A DNA stretch of 64,000 bases. It comes from Vulcanimicrobiota bacterium. Lineage in GTDB: Bacteria; Vulcanimicrobiota; Vulcanimicrobiia; Vulcanimicrobiales; Vulcanimicrobiaceae. The DNA is taken from positions 736,001 through 800,000 of the forward strand of contig CAVRQT010000003.1 of NCBI GenBank assembly GCA_963723515.1, read 5' to 3'. Positions 45,267 to 57,554 of this stretch are shown here, piece after piece. The translations under genes were made by a program, and so were the position numbers. Under the pieces are notes generated by a model, which searched no databases, had not been told where the DNA came from, and saw only the letters and a list, made by a program, of their open reading frames with translations. How positions within the stretch are numbered: position 1 is the first letter of the stretch; each line of letters opens with the position of its first letter.

Positions 45267-46328
45267 ATGCGCATCGCTGAACGTCCGCCGGCAAATTTCG
45301 TGCTGGACTGGCTGATGACGTTCGCCGGCATTTGGACGATCAGCGGACTCTTCATCGATGGCCACCACCATCTTTTTGAAAGCGTGGAGAGCTTCTTCAA
45401 TCCTTGGCACGCCATCATTTACGGCGGCGGCTTCTTCGGGATCGTTGTCTTGACGTGGACGGCGCTCAGGAATCGCCGTGCCGGATATCCCCTGTGGTAC
45501 GCCGTTCCCGAAGGTTACCAGCAGTCGCTCGTCGGCGTGGCCTTCATCATCATCGGCGGCATCGCGGACATGATTTGGCACGCATTTTTCGGCTTCGAAC
45601 ATCAGCTCGATCTGTTGGTCAGCCCGCCGCACCTCGTCTTATTGGCTGCGCTTTTCTTTGTGGTGACGGGGCCGGTGCGCAGCGCGTTTTCCAGAGCCGA
45701 CCGGCCGGCAACGTTGCTTGCGCAGCTGCCGATGCTCATTTGCATGGGACTTGCCGCGCAGACGCTGCAGTTCATGACCCAGATCGCGTTTTATCCCGAA
45801 GCACTGATGCGCGACCGTCCGCTCTCCCAGATCGTCTACCACAACGACCAGTTTGTGCTTTCCGCGTTCCTCTTCTACCGTCAATCGCTCGAAATGATCA
45901 TTGTGATTTGGCAGAGCGTGCTGCTGGCGGCGATCGTCCTCTATGTCGCCGCACGCTGCCGACCGGCGGCCGGAGCATTGATCGTCTTATGCGTTGCTGA
46001 AAAGCTCTGGATCGGGGCGGATCTCTCGCGCGATTTCAAAGAGTTCGCACTCGTCGTTTCGGCAAGCGCGGTTGCCGGCGCAGTCGGCGACATAATCGTG
46101 AGCCGCCTGCGACCCTCACTCGAACGACCGAACGCATTTCGGCTGCTGGGCTTTATCGTGCCGGCAGCATACTTTTGTGCTTATTTTCTGATCGCGGTGC
46201 CGATCTTCGGCGGAACGTGGTGGAATATGACGTTCGTCTTCGGAGCGATCGTTGAAGCCGGTATTGCGGGACTTTGCGTTAGCCAGCTCTTTCTCTCCGG
46301 TTTTTCCACGCGCACTGCGGCGGCATGA
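45267..46328 (+). CDS. Polytopic membrane protein B with two D-x3-H-xn-H motifs
   Basis: DGHHHLFESVESFFNPWH and DMIWHAFFGFEHQLDLLVSPPH. Confidence 0.85.
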   Translation: MRIAERPPANFVLDWLMTFAGIWTISGLFIDGHHHLFESVESFFNPWHAIIYGGGFFGIVVLTWTALRNRRAGYPLWYAVPEGYQQSLVGVAFIIIGGIADMIWHAFFGFEHQLDLLVSPPHLVLLAALFFVVTGPVRSAFSRADRPATLLAQLPMLICMGLAAQTLQFMTQIAFYPEALMRDRPLSQIVYHNDQFVLSAFLFYRQSLEMIIVIWQSVLLAAIVLYVAARCRPAAGALIVLCVAEKLWIGADLSRDFKEFALVVSASAVAGAVGDIIVSRLRPSLERPNAFRLLGFIVPAAYFCAYFLIAVPIFGGTWWNMTFVFGAIVEAGIAGLCVSQLFLSGFSTRTAAA

Positions 46329-47873
46329 GGCTTACTTGGCCCGCGTATGCGTGGGCGGCCGTCGCGATCGTTTTGCACCTCGCGTTTAACCATCGCTACA
46401 ACTACTACCGCGATGAGTTCTACTTCATCGATTGCGCCAAGCATTTAGCCTGGGGATACATCGATCAACCGCCGCTGGCACCGCTGCTTGCGTGGCTCAC
46501 GACGCCGCTCCACTACGCGCTTTGGGCGCTCCGGTTTCCGCTGGCGATCCTCTCCGGACTGACGGTGCTGGCCGGCTGTCTGATCGCGCGAGAGTTTCGT
46601 GGCGGCACGCTTTGCCCAAGCTCTCACCGGTCTTGTGCTGGCGGTTGCCCCCGGTTACTTGGGACAAGGATACGCGCTTTCAACCGAGTTCTTGACGCCG
46701 CTAGCGTGGAGTGCGCTGATCTATCTTTCGATGCGGCTCGTTGCGACCCGCAACTATCGCCTCTACATTCCAATCGCGGTCGTCATTGTCGTAGGTCTCT
46801 ATGCGAAATATTCAATCGCGGCGCTTGCCGCCGCATTGGGCGTCGCGCTGCTTTGCACGGGGCAGGCGAAGCTAGCGCGCACGCGTTACTTGCCGCTGGC
46901 GATCGCGCTTGTCGTGCTCCTCGTGCTTCCCAACCTGTTGTGGCAGTACGCGCACGGATGGCCGATCCTCGAAGTGATGCACAACGACCAACTCAATCGT
47001 CACGCGTTGGCCAACGGCATCGCGGTCGAGTCCCCGAATCTGGCGATCAACGCGCTGTACTTCGTCGTCATGCAGGTCGTCTACCAGCATCCGATCCTTT
47101 CGATTATTTGGATTTGGGGGCTCGTCACCCTGATTCGCACGCCGCAGAACGCGCCGTACCGTTATCTTCCGCTAACATACGCCTTGCTTTTCGTCTTTAT
47201 GGTGCTCAGCGTAGCGCGTGGCTACTATCTCGAGGGATTCTATCCGACACTTTTTGCGGCCGGCAGCGTCGCGATCGAACGCGCGCTCCAAACGCGACCC
47301 TCGTGGATGCGCCCGACGGTGATCGCTGTGGCTACCGTTTCAGCCGCGTTCATGCTGCCGCTTGCCTTGCCGATCTTTCCGTTGCCGCTCTATATGAAGT
47401 ACGAAGTTGCAATCGGGTTGAGCCGGCCTGCGCCGCCCGATGGAAAGCGCCACCTGATCGATCCGATGTATGCCGATCAAATCGGCTGGCAAGGGATGAC
47501 GCAGGTCGTCGCCGGCGTCTACAATTCATTGCCGCCGCAAGTGCGCAGCCGGACGGCGATATTTGCGGACCGCTATGCGTATGCCGGCGCAATCGATTTC
47601 TACGGTCCGCAGTACGGATTGCCGCCGGTAATCAGTCCGAACAATTCATACTATCTCTGGGGAACGCGAGGCTACTCGGGGCAGCCGATGATCGCCGTGG
47701 GAGCCACCGATTACCATCTCCTCGTACAATCATTCGCGACGGTGCGGCAAGTGGCGGTCTACCGCAATGATTACCGGTGGATGCTCGAAGGACCGCTGCC
47801 GATCTATCTGTGCACGCAGCCGCGCGCGTCGCTTGCGGTCTTGTGGCCGCGATTCAAGTACTTCGGCCTGTGA
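46325..47873 (+). CDS. GT-C glycosyltransferase (PMT_2/ArnT-like; frameshift near 46605)
   Basis: YYRDEFYF, LAWGYIDQPPL, LPNLLWQ, NSYYLWG. Confidence 0.88.
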
Positions 47874-47935
47874 ACGCGAACGCAATCGCAGACGCGCACT
47901 CCAGCGAACGAGCAGCTCCCTAGGAGGTTTTCATC

Positions 47936-49372
47936 GTGCCTCTCCATCGAAAGCGACATCATTCCGACGGCGCCACGGCCGATCCATATGCAACTCATGC
48001 CATGCAGGTCGCCGTCCCGCGCTTGCACATGCCGGCACAAGGCCTGCGTCCGGACGTCGCTTTTCAACTCGTCAACGACGACTTGATGCTCGACGGCAAT
48101 GCTCGGCAAAACCTTGCGACGTTTTGCCAAACTTGGTTCGACGACCAGATTCACAAGTTGATGGATTTGAGCATCGATAAGAACATGATCGACAAAGACG
48201 AGTATCCCGCGACCGCGGAGATCGAGAGCCGCTGCGTGCACATTCTTGCGGAGCTGTGGAACTCGCCCGCGAGCGCCGATACGATCGGCTGTTCGACGAC
48301 GGGGTCCAGCGAAGCGGCGATGCTCGGCGGACTGGCGCTCAAGTGGAAGTGGCGTGAACGCCGCGCGCTCGACGGCAAGACGGCGGATCGACCGAACCTG
48401 ATCACCGGGCCCGTGCAGGTGTGCTGGCATAAGTTCGCGCGCTATTTCGATGTGGAGCTGCGCGAGGTGCCGCTCGAGCGCGACCGGCTGGGCATGACAT
48501 CCGATGAAGCGATCAAACGCATCGACGAAAATACGATCGGCGTCGTTCCGACACTCGGGGTCACGTTCACATGCCAATATGAGCCCATCGCAGAGCTCGC
48601 AGCGGCATTGGACCGTTTCCAATTGCAAAGCGGCCTTGACGTTCCAATCCACGTCGACGCCGCATCAGGCGGCTTCATCGCGCCGTTCGTTGCGCCGCAG
48701 CTTCTTTGGGACTTCCGCCTCTCGCGCGTTCACTCAATCAATGCGTCAGGACACAAATTCGGGCTCGCGCCGCTCGGCGTCGGTTGGATCATCTGGCGTG
48801 AAAAACAAGATCTTCCGGAAAGTCTCGTATTCCGCGTCAATTATCTCGGCGGCGACATGCCGACGTTTGCACTGAACTTCTCTCGCCCCGGCGGACAAAT
48901 CGTCTGTCAATACTACTTGATGCTGCGACTCGGAAAAGACGGCTACCGGTTGATCCACGAGACGTGTTATAGCGTCGCTCAGCACATCGCAAAGCGCATC
49001 CCCAAGCTGGGGCCCTTCGACGTGCTCTTTGACGGCGACAGCAACCACGGCATTCCAGCGGTTTCATGGACGCTGCGCAACGCCGCCGAAGCAAATTACT
49101 CGCTCTTTGATCTCTCGGACCGTCTGCGGTCTCGTGGCTGGCAGGTCGCCGCATACAGCATGGTGCCGAATATCTCGGATATGGTTGTGATGCGCGTCCT
49201 CGTGCGGCATGGTTTTAGCCGCGACATGGCGGACGCGCTGCTCGAAGATCTGGAACGGGCACTCGATTATTTCGATACGCATCCGGTTTCACGCAAGATG
49301 ACCCCCGAAGAGGGACGTTCTTACAACCATGACGCCGTCAAGCCGCCAATGCCGGCCAAAGTTACCGCGTGA
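47936..49372 (+). CDS. gadB: Glutamate decarboxylase
   Basis: [31 protein letters not shown]. Confidence 0.95.
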   Translation: MPLHRKRHHSDGATADPYATHAMQVAVPRLHMPAQGLRPDVAFQLVNDDLMLDGNARQNLATFCQTWFDDQIHKLMDLSIDKNMIDKDEYPATAEIESRCVHILAELWNSPASADTIGCSTTGSSEAAMLGGLALKWKWRERRALDGKTADRPNLITGPVQVCWHKFARYFDVELREVPLERDRLGMTSDEAIKRIDENTIGVVPTLGVTFTCQYEPIAELAAALDRFQLQSGLDVPIHVDAASGGFIAPFVAPQLLWDFRLSRVHSINASGHKFGLAPLGVGWIIWREKQDLPESLVFRVNYLGGDMPTFALNFSRPGGQIVCQYYLMLRLGKDGYRLIHETCYSVAQHIAKRIPKLGPFDVLFDGDSNHGIPAVSWTLRNAAEANYSLFDLSDRLRSRGWQVAAYSMVPNISDMVVMRVLVRHGFSRDMADALLEDLERALDYFDTHPVSRKMTPEEGRSYNHDAVKPPMPAKVTA

Positions 49373-50694
49373 ACGGGAAGCCGGAGTTCTCCAAGACAGC
49401 AGAATTAAGCGAGCGCCGTACGAGAGCCGTGGCGCGCGGTATTTCGACGGCGCATCCAATTTTTGCGTCACGCGCGGAGGGGGCGCGGTTATGGGACGTC
49501 GACGGAAGAGAGTTCATCGATTTTGCCGGCGGCATCGGCACCATGAACCTCGGACACCGCCATCCCGCGATCGTTGAAGCGGTCCGCCGGCAGCTCGAAC
49601 ATTTCACACATACGGCCGCTCAAGTTGTGATGTACGAAGGGTACGTCGCACTGGCAGAACGATTGAACAAACTCACTCCAGGATCGTTTGAGAAGCAGAC
49701 GCTGCTCGTGACCACCGGATCGGAGGCGAATGAAAACGCCGTCAAGGTTGCGCGAGCTGCCACCAACCGTCCCGCGATCATCAGCTTCTCCGACGGATTC
49801 CACGGCAGAACGTTGCTCGCGCTTTCATTGACCGGCAAAGTTGCGCCGTACAAGCAGAACTTCGGACCGTACGCGCCCGAGATTTATCAAGCGCCGTATC
49901 CGAATCCGCGGCGCGGCCACGATACCCGAAGCGCATTGCATGCGCTGGACGAGCTGTTTGAAACTCGTGTTGCGCCGAACCAAGTCGCAGCTATCGTCAT
50001 CGAACCGGTGCTGGGCGAAGGCGGCTTCGTTCCGGCGCCGTTCGAGTATCTGCGCGAACTGCGCACGATAGCCGATGAACTTGGCATTCTGATCATCGTC
50101 GATGAGATACAAACCGGCTTCGGCAGAACCGGCACGCTCTTTGCGATCGAACAATCCGGTATCATGCCGGACCTGCTCACGTTCGGCAAGAGCATCGCCG
50201 GCGGGTTACCGATCGCGGGCGTCGTCGGACGCAAATCAGTGATGGACGCAGTGCAACCCGGCGCCCTCGGCGGAACATATGGCGGTAATCCGCTCGCCTG
50301 TGCGGCCGCTTTGGCAACGCTTGACGTCTTCGAGCACGGTGACATCCTGGAGCGTGTGAAAACGCTTGGCCCAACCTTGCGCACTGGTCTCGAAGCGATT
50401 GCGTCGCGCTATCCGCAGGACGTCGAAGGCGTCTGGGGATTGGGACCGATGCTGGCGATCGGCTTTCGAAACACCAAGGCGCACAGCGGCAAGAGCGTCG
50501 CTCAGCACGTCGCTGCTGCGGCGCTCGACTGCGGCCTCATTGCGCTCACCGCCGGTCCGGGCGCGCATGCGATCCGGATCTTGGTTCCGCTCGTGGCAAC
50601 CGACGATGATTTGGAGCGCGGTCTGGCGGCGCTCGAAGAGGCTTGCGAGCGTGTTCTCGCGCGGGATGCCTCTCTCGTCACCTCGCGTTCTTAA
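49369..50694 (+). CDS. gabT: 4-aminobutyrate aminotransferase
   Basis: [45 protein letters not shown]-coupled to gad. Confidence 0.92.
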   Translation: MNGKPEFSKTAELSERRTRAVARGISTAHPIFASRAEGARLWDVDGREFIDFAGGIGTMNLGHRHPAIVEAVRRQLEHFTHTAAQVVMYEGYVALAERLNKLTPGSFEKQTLLVTTGSEANENAVKVARAATNRPAIISFSDGFHGRTLLALSLTGKVAPYKQNFGPYAPEIYQAPYPNPRRGHDTRSALHALDELFETRVAPNQVAAIVIEPVLGEGGFVPAPFEYLRELRTIADELGILIIVDEIQTGFGRTGTLFAIEQSGIMPDLLTFGKSIAGGLPIAGVVGRKSVMDAVQPGALGGTYGGNPLACAAALATLDVFEHGDILERVKTLGPTLRTGLEAIASRYPQDVEGVWGLGPMLAIGFRNTKAHSGKSVAQHVAAAALDCGLIALTAGPGAHAIRILVPLVATDDDLERGLAALEEACERVLARDASLVTSRS

Positions 50695-50702
50695 GTCGTC
50701 GC

Positions 50703-50960
50703 ATGCTCTTCATGCTGATCGAGCGCTTTAAGCGTGGCGCAATGCCGGTCGGCGAGCGCTTCCGGCACGAAGGCCGCATGCTGCCTGATGAAGTCGTTTA
50801 CCACTCAAGTTGGGTGGAACACAACGGCGAGCGTTGCTTTCAACTGATGGAGGCTCCCAGCGTTGGACCTCTTCAGGCCTGGACGTGCACGTGGGAGGAT
50901 CTCTGCGAATTTGAAATCGTGCCTGTTGTTACGTCACGGGAGTTTTGGCCCTCGAAGTAA
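50703..50960 (+). CDS. DUF3303-like small protein
   Basis: MLFMLIERF...GRMLPD...RCFQLME...WEDLCEFEIVPV. Confidence 0.8.
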   Translation: MLFMLIERFKRGAMPVGERFRHEGRMLPDEVVYHSSWVEHNGERCFQLMEAPSVGPLQAWTCTWEDLCEFEIVPVVTSREFWPSK

Positions 50961-51429
50961 TCGCGAGAGCGATCAGGATCACCGGCAAGAAGAGATCCCA
51001 GTATAAGATGATGCCGCCGTTGTTCGGCGCGTAGTTATGGCAACAGATGATCTGATTGATGTGCTGAATTGCGGCCCCCCAATAGAAAATTGTCAGAACG
51101 ATTGTCGCCGCGATTCGATATGGACGGCCGGCCCATAATTGCATAAGCGCTATGGCCGCTAAACCGAACGTTGCAAATGCCAGCTCCCACTCAAACGGGC
51201 TGGGAGACCATCCGATCGATGATGCGGAGACCCCCGGCGCAAACGCATGAAAAAATCCAAACCAAATTCCGCTGATTCCGACGGCGTAGAAGACGATTTC
51301 GGCAAAAAAGATGTCAAGCTTGGCAGGGTTGTCCGCCACACGGCGTCCTTTTACGCCTGCGACAATTAGGGAGATGCCAAGAAAGACGAGGTAGATGTAA
51401 GTAAGAAACGCTGTGATCGCCGATTCCAT
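50929..51429 (-). CDS. DUF6790-like membrane protein
   Basis: SIGWSPSPFEWELAFA, NYAPNNGG. Confidence 0.75.
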   Translation of the reverse strand: MESAITAFLTYIYLVFLGISLIVAGVKGRRVADNPAKLDIFFAEIVFYAVGISGIWFGFFHAFAPGVSASSIGWSPSPFEWELAFATFGLAAIALMQLWAGRPYRIAATIVLTIFYWGAAIQHINQIICCHNYAPNNGGIILYWDLFLPVILIALAITSRAKTPVT

Positions 51430-51432
51430 TTT

Positions 51433-52167
51433 CTAAAGCGACCCCTCCGGTAGCATAACTTCCCGCCCGTTCGCATCGCCTTGACACAACGCGACGACGG
51501 CTCGCGCCACTTCTTCCGGATCGACGATCCGTCCACCGGGATTCATCGCCGCAAGTTCCTTCCGCGCCGCAACGGTTGTCTTGCCAGTCTTTGAAGCGAC
51601 ATTCTTGATCGCTCGTTCGAGCATTTCGGATTCCGTATAGCCCGGACAGACGGCGTTCACGGTGATCCCTGAACTCTCCAGCTCGGCGGCCAGCGCGCGC
51701 GTGAGACCGACGACGCCGTGTTTTGACGCGCTATAGGCGGCGATGTACGGCGCGCCATAGAGACCGGCCAAGCTCGCGATGTTTACGATGCGGCCAAATT
51801 TCTCAGTCACCATATCCCCAAGCGCCGCCCGCGAGCACAGGAACGTGCCCGTCAGATTCGTCGCAATAACGCGGTCCCACATTTGCGCGCTGGTGCGTGA
51901 AAGCGGCGCCGACTCGGCCACACCGGAGTTGTTGACGAGAATCGTCACCGGTCCGTTTCTTTCGCGAAGGACATCAAACGCTTGCGCAACCGCATTTTCG
52001 TCCGTTACGTCCACGTCGAGGTTCGTATACTGACTCGCATGTTGCGTTGCCGTTCGGCTGATCACGCTCACCCGGGCTCCCTCTTGCGCGAGCGCGTCCG
52101 CAATCGTACGCCCAATGCCTTTGGCTCCGCCGGTTACAACCGCATGCCGCCCGGTAATCCCGCTCAA
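51433..52167 (-). CDS. SDR oxidoreductase (3-hydroxyacyl-CoA/hydroxybutyrate dehydrogenase-like)
   Basis: [24 protein letters not shown] overlap with the upstream hydroxylase. Confidence 0.92.
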   Translation of the reverse strand: MSGITGRHAVVTGGAKGIGRTIADALAQEGARVSVISRTATQHASQYTNLDVDVTDENAVAQAFDVLRERNGPVTILVNNSGVAESAPLSRTSAQMWDRVIATNLTGTFLCSRAALGDMVTEKFGRIVNIASLAGLYGAPYIAAYSASKHGVVGLTRALAAELESSGITVNAVCPGYTESEMLERAIKNVASKTGKTTVAARKELAAMNPGGRIVDPEEVARAVVALCQGDANGREVMLPEGSL

Positions 52168-54449
52168 ATCGTTTGCGCCGCTTCAGCTGCGCGAGCCAGA
52201 TTGCGTTCGTACTGCCCTTTACCGGCCAAATATTGGTTGGGCCACTCCATTTGCGTGTAGCCGAGTTGCGCCGCGGCGTGCAAGCTCCAATAAGGATCCG
52301 CGAGATGCGGCCGCGCCAGCGCGCAGAGGTCCGCACGGCCGGCCGCGATGATGCTGTTAACATGATCCGGCTCGAAGATGTTGCCGACCGCCATCGTCGC
52401 GATGCCGACTTCATTGCGAATTCGGTCGCTGTAGGGTGCCTGCCACATTCGACCGTACACCGGTTGCGCCGCGCGCGATGTTTGTCCGGTCGAGACGTCG
52501 ATCAGATCGACGCCAAGCCGCTTGAATGCGCGCGCGATCTCGATGGAATCTTCACCGGTAATCCCACCATCAACCCAATCCGTCGCCGAAATACGAACCG
52601 ACATCGGCTTGTGTGCGGGCCAAGCGCTGCGCATCGCTGCAAACACCTCAAGCGGATATCGCAAACGGTTTTCAAGCGATCCGCCGTACTCGTCCGTACG
52701 CTGATTTTGCAGCGGCGTGATGAAGCTCGAGAGCAAGTAGCCATGTGCGCAGTGCAACTCGAGCATATCGAAACCGGCTTGATTGCCCATCTCGGTCGCC
52801 CGGACGAACTCGTCCCGGATCAGCGCCATCTCCGAATGCGTCAGTTCGCGCGGCCTTTGATTTTGTGGACCGTAGGCAATCGGTGAAGGACCGACGACTT
52901 CCCAATTGCCGGCGGGCAACGGCTCGTCCATGCCCTCCCACATCAATCTGGTGGAGCCTTTGGGTCCCGAGTGGCCGAGCTGCAAGCAGATCTTCGCCGG
53001 CGTGTACTGATGCACGAAATCTACGATGCGCTTCCAGGCGGTCATATGTCCGGGCAGATACATACCCGTACACCCATAGGTGATCCGACCTTCAGGTGAG
53101 ACGCAGGTCATCTCCGTATAGACGAGCGCCGCGCCGCCAAGGGCGCGCGTTCCGAGGTGCACGAGGTGGAAGTCGTTCGGAATGCCGTCGACCGCGCTGT
53201 ACATATCCATGGGCGATACGACAACGCGGTTGCGGAGTTGCAGCTCACGCAAACGGAAGGGCGTGAACATTGGCGGAACGGCCGTTGGTTGAGAACCATC
53301 CGCGGCTCGCGCTGCCAGCCACATCTCCACCCGCTCGACATAGCCCTTATCGCGCAGCCGCAAGTTCTCGTGACTGATTCGTTGGCTGCGAGTCAGCAAG
53401 CTATAGGCAAATTGCTCGGGCGGCAAGACGGCGTACCGGCGGACGTTCTCAAACCACTCGGTGCTGTTCCGTGCGGCGTTCTGTAGGCGCAGCACCTCGA
53501 TGCGGCGCGACGCCTCGTATGCCTCCAGCGCAGGCTGAAGCGATGAATTCTGCGCCAGCGCATCGTGCAAGCCGATCGCATCTTCCATCGCCAGCTTCGT
53601 TCCGGAGCCCACTGAGAAGTGCGCCGAGTGCGCGGCATCCCCCATTAGCGCGATCTTGCCGTCCGTCCAGTGCTTGTTGTTGACCCGAACGAAGTTGAGC
53701 CAATCGCTGCCGCGCAGATGCGCGCTATTTGCCAGCAGCTTCTCACCGTCGAGATACGGGGCGAAGAGCCGCTCGCAAAATGCAATCGTCTGCATCGTGC
53801 CGGCTTCTTCAAGGCCTGCGGCGCGCCACGTCTCCTCGAGGCATTCGACGATAAAGGTGCTCGTATCGCGGTCGAAGCGGTAGGCATGGACCGTAAACCA
53901 GCCCCACTGCGTATTTTCAAAGACAAACGTAAAGGCGTCGAAGCGCTTATGCGTTCCCAGCCAGACGTATTTGCATTTGCGGCGCTCGAGATCGGGTTCA
54001 AAACGTTCTGCACGCAATGAGCGAACGCGACTGTTGATCCCATCTGCTGCGACGATCAAATCGGCATCCAAGTACGGCTGGAGCTCGCGCACTTCGCACT
54101 CGAAGTGCAGCTCGGCGTCGAGTGTAGTGGCGCGCTGCTGAAGAATGTTGAGCAATCTTCGACGCGCGATACCGGAGAAACCGTGACCGCTCGAGGTGAT
54201 TAACCGCCCTTTGAAGTGAATGTCGATGTCGTCCCAATGTGCGAAAGCGGCGACAATTTGATCGTGCGTCGGTGCATCCGCAGCTCGCAGATTATCTAAG
54301 GTTTGGTCCGAAAAGACGACGCCCCAGCCGAAGGTGTCATCGGAGCGATTGCGTTCGAAGACGCGGATATGATGCTGCGGGTAACTCTTCTTCATCAAGA
54401 TTGCGAAGTAGAGGCCGGCGGGACCGCCGCCGATGATGTTGACGTTCAT
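52164..54449 (-). CDS. Bifunctional salicylyl-CoA 5-hydroxylase / 2-aminobenzoyl-CoA monooxygenase-reductase (AbmA-like)
   Basis: [32 protein letters not shown] fused to an OYE-type domain ([18 protein letters not shown]). Confidence 0.93.
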   Translation of the reverse strand: MNVNIIGGGPAGLYFAILMKKSYPQHHIRVFERNRSDDTFGWGVVFSDQTLDNLRAADAPTHDQIVAAFAHWDDIDIHFKGRLITSSGHGFSGIARRRLLNILQQRATTLDAELHFECEVRELQPYLDADLIVAADGINSRVRSLRAERFEPDLERRKCKYVWLGTHKRFDAFTFVFENTQWGWFTVHAYRFDRDTSTFIVECLEETWRAAGLEEAGTMQTIAFCERLFAPYLDGEKLLANSAHLRGSDWLNFVRVNNKHWTDGKIALMGDAAHSAHFSVGSGTKLAMEDAIGLHDALAQNSSLQPALEAYEASRRIEVLRLQNAARNSTEWFENVRRYAVLPPEQFAYSLLTRSQRISHENLRLRDKGYVERVEMWLAARAADGSQPTAVPPMFTPFRLRELQLRNRVVVSPMDMYSAVDGIPNDFHLVHLGTRALGGAALVYTEMTCVSPEGRITYGCTGMYLPGHMTAWKRIVDFVHQYTPAKICLQLGHSGPKGSTRLMWEGMDEPLPAGNWEVVGPSPIAYGPQNQRPRELTHSEMALIRDEFVRATEMGNQAGFDMLELHCAHGYLLSSFITPLQNQRTDEYGGSLENRLRYPLEVFAAMRSAWPAHKPMSVRISATDWVDGGITGEDSIEIARAFKRLGVDLIDVSTGQTSRAAQPVYGRMWQAPYSDRIRNEVGIATMAVGNIFEPDHVNSIIAAGRADLCALARPHLADPYWSLHAAAQLGYTQMEWPNQYLAGKGQYERNLARAAEAAQTI

Positions 54450-54452
54450 GCT

Positions 54453-55221
54453 TTAGAATGCGTAATCGATCGTGACTGGCGCATGGTCCGAGAAGCGCTG
54501 CTCTTTGTAGATCGACGCGGCCCGCACCGTTTCAGCAATCGGCCGGAGAAATCAGATGGTAGTCGATACGCCAGCCTAGATTGTTTTGCCAGGCCTTGGG
54601 CCAGCCGGCCCACCACGTGAATTGTTTGGGAGCTTGATTGACGACCCGAAAGGCGTCAACCCATCCAACCTCTTGAATGACGCGATCGAGCCAGGCGCGT
54701 TCGCGAGGGAAGAACCCCGTAACGTTCGCACAGCTGCGTGGACTGAAGACATCGATGTCTTTGTGCGCGATGTTATAGTCGCCGCAAAGGATGTACCTTC
54801 GGTTGTCGCCACGCATGCGCTGAAGTTCGGCGGAGAAACGCTCGAGAAAATCATACTTGACCGCTTGCCGCTGCGGCCCGGACGTTCCCGATGGAACGTA
54901 GAGCGATGCAATGCTGAGCTCGCCGAAATCTGCTTGCAGAAACCGAGCCTCTGCATCGATATCGGGCCATCCTAATCCGCGCACGATCCGATCCGGTTCG
55001 TTTCGCGAGTACAGCGCGACGCCGCTGTAGCCTTTCTTTTGCGCGTCGACAAAGTAGCCGACGTAGCCGGGTACTTCGAGCGCCTCGGGCGGCAGTTGAT
55101 GTTCTTGTGCCTTGGTTTCCTGGAGACAGACGACGTCCGGCCGCTGCGCTAGCATCCACGGAAAGAAGCCTTTGCGCACGGCGGCACGCAGTCCGTTCAC
55201 GTTTAGCGTGATAATCCGCAT
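54453..55221 (-). CDS. xth: Exodeoxyribonuclease III (frameshift near 54540)
   Basis: NVNGLRA, LQETK, GDYNIAH, GWRIDY; FSDHAP in the next frame. Confidence 0.93.
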
Positions 55222-55241
55222 TCAAACTGACTGTCTCACGC

Positions 55242-55907
55242 TCAACGTTTGCGCACCAGCGTCACGCCGTCGCCGATCGGCAGCATCGCAACATCGACGC
55301 GCTCGTCTCGCCCGATCTTAGCGTTGAGTGCGCGCAAGGCTTGCGTGTTCTCGTCGTTTTCGTTCCGATCGGCGACCCGTCCGCTCCAGAACACATTATC
55401 GATTGCGATGAGCCCGTTCGACTTGAGCAGTTCGAGAGCGCGTTCATAGTAGCTATCGTATGCGGGCTTATCGGCATCGATGAACGCGAAATCGAACGTT
55501 CCGCGCTCGCCGCGAGCGAGCAGATCGTCGAGTGTTTCAACCGCCGGGCCGATGCGCAGCAAAATCTTCTCCGCTACACCGGCACTCTTCCAATATCGTC
55601 GTGCGATCGCAGTGTATTGGTCGCTAACGTCACAAGCTACGAGTGTCCCGTCGTCGGGCAGCGCCAGCGCAACCGCGAGCGCACTGTACCCCGTAAAAAC
55701 ACCAACCTCGAGGCAACGCTTCGCGCGGATCAGCCGCACGAGCAGCTGCATGAATTGCCCTTGATCCGGCCCGATTTGCATGCCGGCGTGATCCGGCAAG
55801 AGCCGGTGTGTCTCTTCACGGAGCTCCTGCTGCAACGACGTCTCGCGCAACGAGATGTTGCAAACGTACTCGTAGAGCTCAGGGGACAAGTTTTTTGTAC
55901 GGCTCAT
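55242..55907 (-). CDS. SAM-dependent O-methyltransferase (caffeoyl-CoA OMT-like)
   Basis: LEVGVFTGYS, FIDADK, IDNVFW, IGDG. Confidence 0.93.
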   Translation of the reverse strand: MSRTKNLSPELYEYVCNISLRETSLQQELREETHRLLPDHAGMQIGPDQGQFMQLLVRLIRAKRCLEVGVFTGYSALAVALALPDDGTLVACDVSDQYTAIARRYWKSAGVAEKILLRIGPAVETLDDLLARGERGTFDFAFIDADKPAYDSYYERALELLKSNGLIAIDNVFWSGRVADRNENDENTQALRALNAKIGRDERVDVAMLPIGDGVTLVRKR

Positions 55908-55951
55908 CGAGTGCGGGAGTTAGCGGTCGCCGCCTAAAAATCCGCCGCTTG

Positions 55952-57554
55952 ATGACAGCGCGCAATTCACAGCATCGCTACGATGCAATCGTGATCGGCG
56001 CAGGCCACAATGGACTTGTGACGGCTTGCTATCTCGCGCGTGCGAAGCGCAAGGTGCTCGTTTTGGAGCGGCGCGCGGTTGTCGGCGGCGCATGCGTCAC
56101 CGAAGAGACGTTTCCCGGCTTCAAAGTCTCGACCGCTGCGTACGTCAACAGCCTCTTTCGCCCGGAGATCGTGCGCGATCTGCGCCTGAACGACTACGGC
56201 TTCGAGCTTCTGGAGCGCAATCCATCATCGTTCACACCGTTCTTGGACGGCCGCTATTTGATGCTCGGCGCAGATAAAGCGGCGACGTTGCGTGAAATCG
56301 GCAAATTCAGCGCCCGCGACGCTCAGGCGTATCCCCGCTATGAGGCAATGCTCGAACGCGTTGCGGCTGTCGTTGAGCCCACGCTGATGCAAACGCCCTC
56401 GAACGCCGCGCACCCCGGTGCATCCGATCTCTTGAAGATGGCAAAGCTTGGCCGGTCGCTTCAAAAACTCGGAGCCGGCAATGGGCGAGGCGATCGAAGT
56501 CTTGACCGGATCCGCCCGCACGATCCTCGACCGGTGGTTCGAATCGGAGCAGTTCAAGGCGGTGTTGGACACCGATGCGATCATCGGGGCTTTTGCGGCC
56601 CCTTCGATGCCCGGAACCGCCTACGTCCTCTTTCATCATGTTATGGGTGAAACGAACGGTAAACGCGGGATCTGGAGCTACGTTCGCGGTGGAATGGGCG
56701 GCTTAACCCAAGCGTTGGCACGAGCCGCCTGCGACATGGGCGTGGAGATTCGAACCGATTGCGAAGTGCGCCGAATCATCGTCAGAGACGGTGTCGCGAC
56801 GGGCGTTGTACTCTCAAACGGTGCGGAAATTGAGGCGGTTAAGGTTGCCAGCAATGCGGATTGCAACGTGACCTTCAACAAGCTGCTCGACGCGCAAAGT
56901 TTACCCGAGGATTTCAGAGACGCGATCGCGCGCATCGATTACAGCAGCGCATCGCTGAAGATCAACGTCGCGATGTCGGCCTTGCCCAACTTTACCGCAT
57001 GCCCCGGAAACAGCGAACCGGGGCCGCAACATCGCGGCACGATTCATCTCGTGCCCGACCAGGACTTTATCGAACGTGCCTACGACGACGCGAAGTTCGG
57101 TAACCCCTCGCGCGAACCCGTGATCGAATGCACGATTCCGTCGGCACTCGATGCAACGGTCGCGCCGCCCGGCAAGCATGTCATGTCGATGTTCGTGCAA
57201 TATGCGCCGTACACAATCAAGGACGGCACGTGGGACGAGCGCACGAAAGATGAGTTCGCCGACCGGTGTTTTGGGATGCTCGAACGGCATGCGCCCGGAT
57301 TCACGTCATCGGTCCTCGCGCGGCAAGTACTGAGTCCCGTTGACCTCGAGCGTATGTTTAACTTGACCGGCGGCAACATTTTTCAAGGTGCGATGGATCT
57401 GCATCAGCTCTTCATGTTCCGGCCGGTAGCGGGATTTGCGGACTACCGCACGCCGATTCGCAACCTCTATCTGTGCGGTTCTGCGGCGCATCCAGGCGGC
57501 GGCGTGATGGGCGCTGCGGGTCGAAACGCAGCTCGAGAGATGTTGCGGAGATGA
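55952..57554 (+). CDS. Phytoene desaturase-family FAD oxidoreductase (PYROXD2-like; frameshift near 56475)
   Basis: IGAGHNGL, AYVLFHHVMG, GGMG, LTGGNIFQG, HPGGGVMG. Confidence 0.9.

Noticed and set aside
40186..46328. Calling the His-motif proteins pmoC/amoC and inferring methane or ammonia oxidation
   Set aside because: Only the motif spacing matches; proteins are longer, the motif is duplicated, and pmoA/pmoB are absent from the window
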